Shown here piece after piece: positions 53,040 to 64,000 of a stretch of DNA of 64,000 nucleotides; position 1 is the stretch's first letter, and each line of letters opens with the position of its first letter. Location of the stretch: assembly GCA_964016885.1 (NCBI GenBank), contig OZ024742.1, positions 264,368,001 through 264,432,000 of the forward strand, given 5' to 3'. The DNA is from Eledone cirrhosa. Taxonomy: Eukaryota. A program made the translations under genes and the position numbers. The notes beneath the pieces are model-generated. The model worked only from the letters and a program-made list of their open reading frames with translations. It did no database searches and was not told where the DNA came from.

Positions 53040-54062
53040 CATGCGGCTAAACATTTTATAGAGCACGCGTTTTCTTCGTCACCCATCTCCTTGTGATGCT
53101 GGACATGACACATGACTTCAAAAGCGTTAAGCGGTATCACGTCCTAAATACTTGTCTCAGACGAGCCCCCTCTATTTAACCTTTCACTCACCTCTCGTAC
53201 GGAAGACCCAGTTAACTCTTAGCCATTGACAACAGGGTAACTTCCACCACGGGTGTCGAGCAAGGAGACCCACTTGGCTCGCTCCTCTTTGCGCTGGCAG
53301 TCGACGACGTTTCCCGCTTGGTTCGGTCACCTCTCAACGATTGATACCTAGAAGACACGACACTGGGTGGTTTGGCATTGACGTTAGTTGAGGACCTTCA
53401 GCTAATCATCTCAGCTCTAAAGCTCCTCGGACTCGAGATCAACTCATCCAAGTCAGAGGTGATAAACGTTAGCTTCGGAAACAGAATTCCACGACGCCGT
53501 AATCAGCACACATCCTGTCTTGTCCGTTGTTCGGCTAATGCCACAAGACGCTGCCTGCATTCTCGGCTCTTCAATTCTCTCGAAAGCCATAAGAGAGTGC
53601 ATGGAGACCAAGCATGCACACTTGTCCCGAATGGCAGAGATCTTGCCTCTCATTGACGCTCACCCGGCGCTCATCTTCTTGAGGAACTGCTTCACCCTCC
53701 CCAAATTTCTGTTCACGCTGCGCGGTGCACTTTGCCGCTCCCATGCAGATCTTCTCCGCGAACTCGACGCCACCATCCGACGCTGTGCAGAATTCATCTG
53801 CAATGTCAGTTTCGACAGCGTGGGCTGGCATCAGGCGAAGCTCCCAGAGAGGTTCGGTGGCCTCAGTCTCCGATCTCTTCTGATCTAGCTCTACCGGCCT
53901 AACTTTCATCAATCTTCTCCCGTGACGTTCCAGTCAGCGAGGTCCTCAGCAAGGCGGCCGAATCTGACGTGGATCCAGAGCTCGAACGGGCTCTGGCCAA
54001 CTGAACAGGCGAAGGCCTCTCTGTCCCCCAGTATACAATGTACAGCATAACTGGGACATCAA
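53040..54062 (+). mobile_element. CRE-like non-LTR retrotransposon RT fragment
   Basis: TGVEQGDPLGSLLFALAVD..*YLED.TLGG; GLEINSSKSE; ALIFLRNC..PKFLFTLR; WHQAKLPERFGGLSLRS. Confidence 0.75.
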
Positions 54063-54159
54063 ATGCAGGTCTTCTTTCCTAATTTTACTTATTTGTACAC
54101 TAACTTTTAAACTCTTTTTTGTGACTGTCAATTGGTTTTTTATTATTGCACCTATATAT

Positions 54160-54281
<122 letters not shown>

Positions 54282-57200
54282 TTTCTTTATTTGCCACAAG
54301 GAACCTACAGGCTTATAAACAGAGAAGGCCCAATCACTCGGGCCATTTTTGCCACATTCACCCAGCTTTCAGTAAATTTACTGCAGTGCCTTTCTCTCCA
54401 CTCTGATTCTCCTTCTAAAGTGGTACCTAAAGAAGGGAATCAATTGTTGTCCGGAGAGAAAGGTATCTGTCCTCAGTCCTCTCAATCTCGTCCACCATAT
54501 AACCTCTGTCAACATAGCCACTGTACAGAGGAAAACCGCCTCTCTTTCGTTTTTGAAAGAGGCTGGCGGTTTGATCCTTACTATGGAGTCGGCAGTCAAC
54601 TGGATTTGTCCCATACGCGACAGCAGTTGTTCTGCATAGTTCCACAGGTCGGTTACGCCAGGACAGTGTACAATTGCGTGCAGGACGGTTTCAATGTCCT
54701 GCGCGCATCTTGGACACATCCTCTTGGAAGGATCCCTGCCGGGGCGTCCGAGTCTGTAGTTCTTGTCACGAACTCGTAGAGCTCCTGGGTAGCAATGCCA
54801 GGCCAGGTACCTCTGGAAGTTGACCATAAGTCCCGGGCGGAAAGTCTTACCAAACAGACTGGTGAGCTCATCGTCTTCGACGCCCAGAGTCTCTCCGAGC
54901 ACGTCGTCGCCCTTGTAACGTACAATCCTTCTATAGAATGTCGAAGTGGAGTCTCCACTGATTGCTGTGCCCGCTTGCTAGAGGACTGTGAGCGCCTGAG
55001 CGCATTCAATGTGTCAGGCGCCCATCGTTTTCGGTCTTTTCTTGACCCAGGACTGCAACTCCGTCAGCGAGACGAGCTGCGGGAAAGCGTGTCTCACAAA
55101 CGGTTCCCACACCGGTTGGGGCTCGGTGTGGAATACCTGGAGACGCCGCAGCCTCAGCGCATGTTTGCGCATCATCATCCACGGCATTCCCAGCCCTCCG
55201 TTGGAAGGGTGCTGACAGCAGACGGATCTCATCACCAGCGGAGCCTGCTTCAGCCACAGAAACTGGAAGAGCATGCGTTCCATCTTGGCGAGGTGTTCAC
55301 GGGGACATGGCACGACAGTCAAGCGGTAGTAGATGACGGACGCTATTAAAGTGTTCGCCACCTCCGCTCGACCTTTCAAGGACAGTTTGCACTCTGCCCA
55401 CTTCTGGGTGAGCGCAAACAACTTGGCTCTGACCTCGTTCCAGTTTTTCTCCACCTGGAGGTCTGGACCGAACCAAACCCTGAGCAATTTCACCGGTCCA
55501 TCCGTCCAGCGTCCAACGACGCTGTCGGACGTCATCGGTTTGCCTCTCCACGTACCGAGTTGCAAACCGACAGACTTGTCCGGGTTTAGTTTTGCTCCTG
55601 TCAGCGTTTCGTATTCTTTCAGTAAGTTGCCGATCACTCCGATTTCCGAGGTGCTCGACATCATTACCGCCACGTCGTCGGCCCAAGCCGGTTCTAGAGG
55701 GATGCCCTGCAACAGCTCCAATTTCCGCAGTAGTGGCTCTAGATTCAATACATACAGAATGGAGGAGAGAGGGCACCCCTGTCGAATGGAACGCGTAAGT
55801 GAAACAGCTCCAATAGGTAGCCGTTCAGCTTGACCCTCGAGCAGATGCTGGTGTGCATCGCCTCGATCCAGCCTCTGAAAACGGGACCGAAACCGGCCGC
55901 CTTGAGAACCGCTTCCAAGTATCGATGGTCGACCCTATCGAATGCCTTAGACTGAGCCAAATTGATCAGAGCCCCACTGAAGCCGGGTTTACTACCCACC
56001 CTTTCTATGATATATCGCATGAGGTGGAGGTTGTCGTGTATGGACCCGGTCTGGATTGCACACGCTTGGGCTTCCCCTACCAGGTTCTCAACGACAAGCG
56101 CCAACCTCGTCGCTAGCACCTTGGCCAACATCTTTAACTCTGTGTTGAGCAGAGTTATGGGCCTGAAGTTGTTAATTTCGTCCCCCTTGTTCTCGTCTTT
56201 CCTGATCAGCGTTACTACACCTTTGCCTGCAGAACTGGGAATTCTCCCGTTATGCTGCCAATTTCAGTAGACGGCTTCGAGGACGTCAGAGAACAAGTCC
56301 GGCGTGCCTATGTAAAACTCATAGGGTAGACCATTTAGACCGGGTGACTTGCGTTTCCCGCAGCGGCCCAGATCGTCCCGTATCTCAGTGTCCGTGATCG
56401 GTCTTTCGCAGAACTCGGCGTCCCTGTTCGAGAGACGCGGCAGGCCGTCGAGGTATGAACTAAAGTCCATCGCCCCATTCCGCTCACCGTCGTTCTGCTC
56501 AAAAAGTCGCGCAAAGTGCTGCTGAAAGGCCGCGCACATTTGCTTGGAGTCAAGTAGCACGCATCCCTTTTGGTCTTTCAAAGACCGAATTGGGGACTTG
56601 TTGCCACTTTTTGCCTCCGCCACTCGGGCCCAGTTGACAGCTTTCGCTCCTTCGTTTCCTAGAGCACGTGTTTTGCTTCTGACCATGCAGCCGTCGTGTT
56701 TCGCATCGAAGAAGTGGTCCAGTGCCGTTCACAACGCTAACACTCTAGCCGCGTTGCCACTCCTAATCGCCTCCTCTACCTTTGCTACTAGTTCTCTTTC
56801 TATTTTGTTTTTCTCTAAGGCTAACTCTCTGCTAAACCCTATCGATTCTACTCTAATTGCTTTCTTGAGAGAGTACCACCATCTATTGTTGACGATGGCT
56901 CCCGTTAACTGTTGCTTGACTAGTCTACTTATCCGTTCACTGTAAGCTTTACGTGCCGGCAACGACACGTTCAGCTTCCAGTATCCGGGTCCCTGTCTAT
57001 GTGTTCTGTCACGGTTGACTACGCAGACGACTAATTTGTTATCTGAATAGGCAACCATGTGCATTTGTGGACACCTTAACATCTCCTGATCCCTTTCTCT
57101 AATGAAGAACCTATCTAAATACGATCTAGACGTCCTGCTGCGGTTTGCCCACGTCCACTGTGGTGCAGTCGGGAAATCCAGTCGATACCTATCGGCCAGT

Positions 57201-59818
57201 TGGAATTGGCCGATTAAAGTTTTGAGGCTGTTGCACCCGCCTCTACTGGGACATGTTCCCACATAGTCCCATCGTGCATCTAGGATACCATTCCAGTCCC
57301 CCACTAAAAGTAAGGAGCGAGACGTTCCCAGAAGAGACTCTAGACGCTTAAAGAAGTCTGGCCGTGATTGCGATTGCCCGGTCGGGGCATAAACGGCCAC
57401 CAGTCTGAAGGCTCCACCTCCAATACTGTTCACGGCTAGGACTACCTGTTTACACTCCGGGTCCAAGACAGCTACTCCCCCTCCACCTCCTGGCTGACAG
57501 AGAGATGCGTAGATCTCAAAGTCGTCGAAGATAGGGGTTAGTTGCTGCCTGTTGTGAATCCTGGACTCTGTGATGGCTATCACATCCATACCGTGTGACC
57601 TAAGGTCGTTTAAACGTTGACCCTTTTTCCAGGGCATCCCTAGGCCACGCTCATTCACGCTTCCAACTCGTAAACTATCCATGTTGGTGGAGAAGAGTTG
57701 GCGAAAAGGACGAAAAGGTGCACTTACCTTTTCGTTTCCTGGAGACCGGGATGTTTAATCTCCATTTCAGTTCTGGCGGGGGTGTTGAGTGGGGTGGGGA
57801 AGGATTTTAATAAGAAACAATATGTTTTTGACAGGGGTTGCCAACATCCTGCGAAAACTGTTCTTTAAATTTATGATAGGTTTCTATCGAAACCCTTATT
57901 AGTTTTAGGTGTGGAGACGATTCTGCTTTGACGGAAGTTTTGCCCTCCGTCTCCACCTTGGGGTTTTGGGAGATGAGTTCCATCAAACTCTTGTTGTTTA
58001 TGTTGATGTATGCATATTGTTGTTTGTGTTTTTGTTGTGGTGTTTTAGTTTGTTATTCGTCCGGGAGTTTTCTTTTTATGGTGGGTGCTTGCGTTTGGGG
58101 TGGTGTTGGTGTTGGTTTTGCTGGTAGGGGGATGTTTGACTATGGTGTTATTTGTGTTGTTGTTTGTTTCTGTGGTTGTTGGTGATTGGAGTTTTGGGGA
58201 TTTTGTGGTGTCTTTTTTTCTGTCTTTTAGATTTCCGAGACTCTCCTTCTTCTTCACATAAATAGGGCGAAGCAGCTTCATCTGTCGGTGAATAATCATC
58301 GTCAGGAGTGTGGGGTAGAGGTATGTTGTGTGGTGGTGGTGTTTCGGTGTGTGTGTTTGTGGTAGTGTTTGATGAAGTGGAATGGGGTGGGGATGTGTTC
58401 TTCAGAGGTGTTGTCTGTGTTTTTTCTGTTGTTGTTAGTTGAGTGGCTGTTTGTTTTGGTGTGTTTACTTGTTTCGTCTGTTGTTGTACTTGTGGTGGTA
58501 GTTGTTTTGGTGTTGGTGTTGGTAATAGTGTTTTTTTAATGATGTTGTTGTGGTGTGTTTGTGAAGGATAGGAGGCCTTTAGATGTGTTGTGCTACCACA
58601 GCGAAAGCAATGAGATTTACGCCCCTCCACCGAAATATTTATTTTGTTGTTGTCGTTGATGACGACTTTTTCGGGTATTTTGGAGATTCTCTCCGGCCTC
58701 ATCTGCATCAGAATCTCCAAATCAATACCCGCCCACCTGATGCTATTGAAAGAATAGCATCAGTCTCTGGCTCCACGGAGCCAGCCAAGATCCACCAGAT
58801 GTTAATGTTTGGTGGTATATTTTTTTTTTTTTTTTGTCCTTTTTCCCATGTACGTAGGAAAAAGGTGAATGCTTTTGACACCTTTGGTGTCACAGAATGT
58901 TTTTGGGCGAGTGCCTCGCTTTTAAACAGTACGGAAATACTTCTGTGCTGTTTTCCTCGTTGAAGAAAGTCAATATTTTCTAGAGTCTCCTTCAAGGTGG
59001 CTTCTATGTCTCCTTGACTCACAAATATTGGCTTTCTCGTTGTGTTTGAGACAGTCCTGAAGGTCACTGTCCTTCGAACTGTCTCTTCTTTTATTTCGAG
59101 GGGTGATGAATTGATTCTAAACCCACCCTTGTCTTCGAAAGTATCAAATTTTCTCCCTTGCTGGAGCATATCTCTTCCATTGGAGATGTCAAGATTTACA
59201 AAATCTTGTTTTTTGTTCACTGTTTCAGCTAAACACATTTTTTGTGGTGTTGCTGTTGTTGTTTTTGTTGTTGTTATCTTTGTTAGCCTCGGCGTTGGAA
59301 ATCGCAATTTCTTGACGAGGTGAAATTTTATCTGTAGATGTATCTATGGAGTTGTTGTTGTTGGATTTTTCATGTGTATGTATATTAATAGGTTTAATTC
59401 CTGTGTTTTCCTGTGTATGTTGTGTGTTATTTTTCTCCCTTCGACGGTAGAAATTTTAAAATATTCAAGTGGCAATATTATTTTTTCTTTGTTGACAGTC
59501 GTATCCATGACGACGTCCGTAGTAGCAGAAGCAGATGTAACGTTAATATCTGCCTCTCTACCTCTCTTCTCTCTGTTAACGTTCTCCGGCGTTCTTTCAG
59601 AGTTTTTCATGTTTTATAGTCGGCAAAATTTGATTTTTTAAAACAATTTTTAAATTAAATTTTCGCCCCTAAAGGGGCAAAAAACTGGGATTACCATCCA
59701 CCTGACAATTAAGCTTGTGGGTTAATCTACAAAATGATATGTTTTTTCAAACAATTAGTTCATTTTTTTGTGTAGAAATTTACAAAAAAGCTTACTAGCG
59801 ATGTTCCACGCGTCAGGC
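54282..59818 (-). mobile_element. Near full-length Tx1/L1-clade LINE (ORF1 with zinc knuckle; ORF2 APE-RT-zinc domain), frameshifted
   Basis: ORF1: CFRCGSTTHLKAS. APE 57682-56729: SVNERGL, AITES, VYAP, GDWN, SYLDRFF, SDNK. RT: KSPGLNGLPYEFY, QSKAFDRVDH, AWADD. Zinc domain: CPRC..ETVLHAIVHC. Flanked by (GA)n/(TA)n and (GATA)n. Confidence 0.93.
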
Positions 59819-59888
<70 letters not shown>

Positions 59889-60129
59889 AAGAAGTATTGT
59901 TTTACGTAACTATTTTTATACCGGTTAGAAATTTACTGGTCATTGTGTGTTACCAGTTGTTTATGTCTTAATAATTGCAGATATTATATATGGTATTGTG
60001 TATATTAATATATATATTTAATACTTTAGCATAAATATGTTTTTGTTTGTCTGTAAATTATATATTAGACAAAATATGTTTTGATGCCTTTAGGTCTACA
60101 TCCATTTAATTTATGCAGCTATGATTTGA

Positions 60130-61383
60130 TACTCGGCTGAAACGTTCATAGGATAATCAAGATAATCTCATGAAATATGAGCAAATGAGGTTTATCTTTC
60201 AACATAGTCCCCTTGCGGTCAACACACTTTTTCAATCGCTGTTGCAGTGCTTGGATCCCATTGGTGAAGAGGCTTTGATCTTGTTGGTCAAAAACTTAAT
60301 CAATACTGTGATGCTGGTTCTCTGCCAAGGGTTTTTTCATGTTGGAGAACAGATGATAGTCAGATGGGGCCAAATTAAGTAAATAGGGAGGGTGATCAAC
60401 CAGTTCAATGCCAGTCACGCATAGCAGCAATTGAAACCAAGGACCAGTGTACTGAAGCATTGTCCTGATGAAACAAGACCCCTTTCTTCAGATTTTATGG
60501 GCGTTTCATCTTGATAGCCTTCCGTAACTGCCTCAGCAAGGTGGCATACGACTCTCCATTGAGGGTATAGCCCTTTTTGATGATAGCCAATAAACACAAT
60601 GTCTTTTTCATCCCCCAAAACTAAGACCATCACCTTCCCTACAGATGAAACGACCTTGGTCTTCTTTGGAGCAGGTGAGGAGGGGTGTTTCCACTGCCTG
60701 GATTGTTTCTTTGTATCTGACTGGAATTTATGAACCCAACTCATCCTAGGTTAGGAAACATTCAAGGACACCAACTGGGTCTACCTCAAACAATGTCAGA
60801 TTAACCCGCAATATGATCAGCCTGATGCACCTTTGATCATGTGTCCGAAGACGTGGCACCCACCGAACAGAAACCTTCGTCATGCCAGGTACATTGAGTA
60901 GAATATTCTCAACTCTCTCGTGGCATATGCTAATAGCATTGGCTATTTGATGTAAAGCCAATCGCCTCTCATCCATCATCTTGTGAGGAAGACGATCAAT
61001 GTTTCCCTCGGTGGTGGCAGTTGCATGGCGTATACACCCTGGGTCATCGTCAAGACTCTCCCTTCTCCTCCTACACTCTGCTGCCCACTTTTGCACTGTT
61101 GATAAAGCTGGAACGTCATCCCCTAATGTAGCAAACATGTTGGCATGAATGCTCTTTTTCTGTCAGTACTTGATAACACAACGATACCAAATTTTGTTAA
61201 TTTTTAAGACAAGTGGCTACTAGTTACTTTTGAAGTTTTCTTTGAACAGTCTGATGTAAGTTTACCGGGAATATAACAATGCAGTTATTAATACGATGCG
61301 GTTGAAATGAATGCATGCAAGGTTTCACAGCTCTAGCATTCCTCCTTCATAGTCACTCTGTGAACGTCTTAGTCCACCCTTAT
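60130..61383 (-). mobile_element. Degraded full-length mariner transposon
   Basis: STVQKWAAE; KVSVRWVPRL; SWVHKFQSDTKKQSRQWKH..GKVM; HQDNA-like motif. Degraded TIRs, about 1.25 kb. Confidence 0.9.
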
Positions 61384-61879
61384 ATCTTTTATTTTTAACA
61401 ATTTTACTGCTTATCTCTGATAATACTAAATATCTTAATATGTTTGAGCAATATATGCACAGCTGTTTATTGCCTTTTATATGATATTTCCAATATTATA
61501 GAATATATATTGTTTATTTAGTGCCTTGAAAGTTATTATTGTTATTTTTTTTATTATTATTTATTAAATGTGGCTGTACTCTCTATGTAGACAATGATTC
61601 GTGTCTTTATAATTCATTAACATTTATTGTCATTTGTATGTCGAAACTGTTCAATTCATAATTAAAATTATTATATATTATAATTACTCGTACTGTCTGC
61701 TTACTCGAATGTATTAAAGTGCAGAGAGCCTGTTTAAATACCTTCAATTCGTTGGTAATTGGTCTATTATATTTCGAATACTGCTTTTATATAAATATAT
61801 GGATGTTAATTTGTCCTAGATAGTAAACAATTATCAATATCTTAGTTTGATGTATGATTTTAATACTGATACTGTCTGA

Positions 61880-62090
61880 TGGTGGATTGGCAGAATTGAA
61901 AGAGCCTTAGATAAAATGGTATTGCGTAATTTGTTCTGATTTATTAGATTCTGAGTTCAAATCCTGCCAAGATCAACTTTGCCTTCCATTCTTTCAGGGT
62001 CGATAGGATGAAGTACCAGTCATGTACTGGAGTTGATTATATCAACTTTGCTCTTCCTCCAATTTGCTGGTGTGTACTGAAATTAATACT
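61880..62090 (+). mobile_element. Older tRNA-derived SINE copy
   Basis: ggtggattggcagaattg..gagttcaaatcctgcc..gccttccattctttcagggtcgata. Confidence 0.8.
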
Positions 62091-62229
62091 GTATATTATG
62101 ATTATAGTTTTAAATATTTATTTCATGCTTTCTTGTGAGATTTTATCTTAACTGCACGACTAATTTATAGTTAGGGACTACTAATTTGTATGCTTATAAA
62201 TATATTAAAGTAAATATATTTTTACACTT

Positions 62230-62760
62230 GTTTCGATGTTCATCACCTTAGGTAGGTTGAGTTGGTTCCAACCAGTGCATCTATAGCATCCGCTATTGCA
62301 CAGCGATCACAGACGTCCAGCATGGATATTGTCAACCAGTCACGATTTTATCGACAGACATCATGCGAGGACCTGATATTAGCTCAAGATCCGACATGAT
62401 CATGCCAATCCAAGTTTTCAGCTGACTACCTTACCATTAATACCATCGCGAGAAAGGCTCATGTACAACTGTATCGTTGTTGAATTCACCTCATAGGCGG
62501 CTGAATGAGTGACCAACTTAATGGAGGACGATTTTGAGCAGTTGTTGAAAGGAATCAATCCAGCAGCACAGTGACATATTTAAGAGTGGCAAACAATTCC
62601 AGCTTGCATAAACCTGTCGTTCCTATGGCTACGTCTCACAACCATAAAGAAGGATGGTGAAAACGATGCGGGTTTTTGTAGCAAGTTGGGTCTCTGATCT
62701 AGACCAGAGCCGGCTTTGAAGATGACAGAATGTACCCCGCACACTGTTGGTGAGGACATC
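62230..62760 (+). mobile_element. Possible old LINE (RTE-like endonuclease end) remnant
   Basis: GC-richer island containing RGPDISSRSDMIM, which resembles the GADIGSDH motif. Many stop codons. Confidence 0.3.
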
Positions 62761-63643
62761 TATCTCCTTTTTAAAGGTGTGACAGTAAATTATGTTCTTC
62801 ATATATAAGTTTATATATTATTAATATTTGGTCTATACCCATGGATAAATAGTATCTTAGATGTACATCCATTTGGGTATAGTTGGTATTTATATACCGA
62901 TAATATTACACATTTCACAGTGTACAGTTTCTATTTAGACATGTACAAAACTGGTTTTTATTAATAATCTCTGAACTGTAGTCAACTGTAATATGTTTCA
63001 TCAACATTCATTTCCCCAAAGTAACACCTTGTAGATGAATAATTAGACTTGAAAATCATAACTACTGTTTGTTTTTGCTTATTGTATTAGTTGGGGTCTT
63101 TTTTCGTTGGAAAACAAATTATTTCTCCGAGCATTCTAGACATTAGAAGATTAATATTTCATTTAATTATATTAAATAGTATCTTAAAACCCGGGAATAA
63201 CGGAGAAAAATACATATTTTATAATTAACCTAATGTATCTCCTTATCGTACGCTAAAATTAAGCTGCGGTAATTCTTTAAAAAAATTAGCAGATGTGTTT
63301 TCATCATTCAATTTTAATCAATTCGATAAAATATTTGATTTTCTCCGTACATCAGGTTATCAACCAGCGATGTTTATGGCAGTTATTATTTAAAATAATT
63401 TCTTCGTTGGCTAATTAGTAACTTTTATTGACTCCCGATGGCTATAATATTAAACAAGCGTTGCTGATGACCTTTTTTCTCATTAAAAATATAATGTTGC
63501 TTTTGTATCATTGAAACAATTATTTTTATTTATTCTAAATACGAATATATACTGAGGAAATTACTTATATTCAACACCGATATATTGAAACAATTTGACT
63601 ACAGTACGGTATTCATTCCTTAAGAGATTATATATATACATGA

Positions 63644-63695
<52 letters not shown>

Positions 63696-63705
63696 CTTTC
63701 TTTAT

Positions 63706-63771
<66 letters not shown>

Positions 63772-64000
63772 CACATACTTGTATTGTATTGTATTGGTGA
63801 TTGGGTAGTGAACTGCTTATAAAAGGAAGACTATATTTTGGTCACAACAGTATTTTGAAATACTACAGATACAATTATATTTCTCGCTTGAATCTAATAC
63901 CACATGATACGTACGTTCCTCGTAACTAACACGTTCAACATCAGCAGCATCACGAATTAATCACCCAACAAAAGCAAATTGGCCGATTACTGACTAAATG

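Overview
This is an AT-rich, microsatellite-dense eukaryotic window made up almost entirely of transposable elements. The SINE families and the (TA)/(CA)/(CATA) tract load suggest a cephalopod, probably Octopus; that assignment is an inference. No intact host gene is evident. There is one candidate spliced exon at 20901-21047, and most ORF-track entries are microsatellite artefacts. Retroelements present: R4/Dong RLE retrotransposons in (CATA)n and (TAA)n tracts, a near full-length Tx1/L1 LINE plus two fragments, RTE LINEs, a CRE-like fragment, several Penelope-like elements (PLEs; RT plus GIY-YIG), and about a dozen tRNA-derived SINE copies. DNA elements present: two mariners, a mariner MITE, a hAT/Buster remnant, and two non-autonomous Helitrons with 170-180 bp internal repeats. 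The most notable hidden signal is a dense set of about 12 minimal type-I hammerhead ribozyme (HHR) motifs from several sequence families. Most lie on short non-coding units inserted in (TA)n, often with a 5' fold-back. They include non-canonical cores (CCGAUGA/CAGAUGA and a compensatory U3-A8 core) and palindromes whose inversion point falls at the ribozyme's stem II. All calls were made by eye; no database searches were run.
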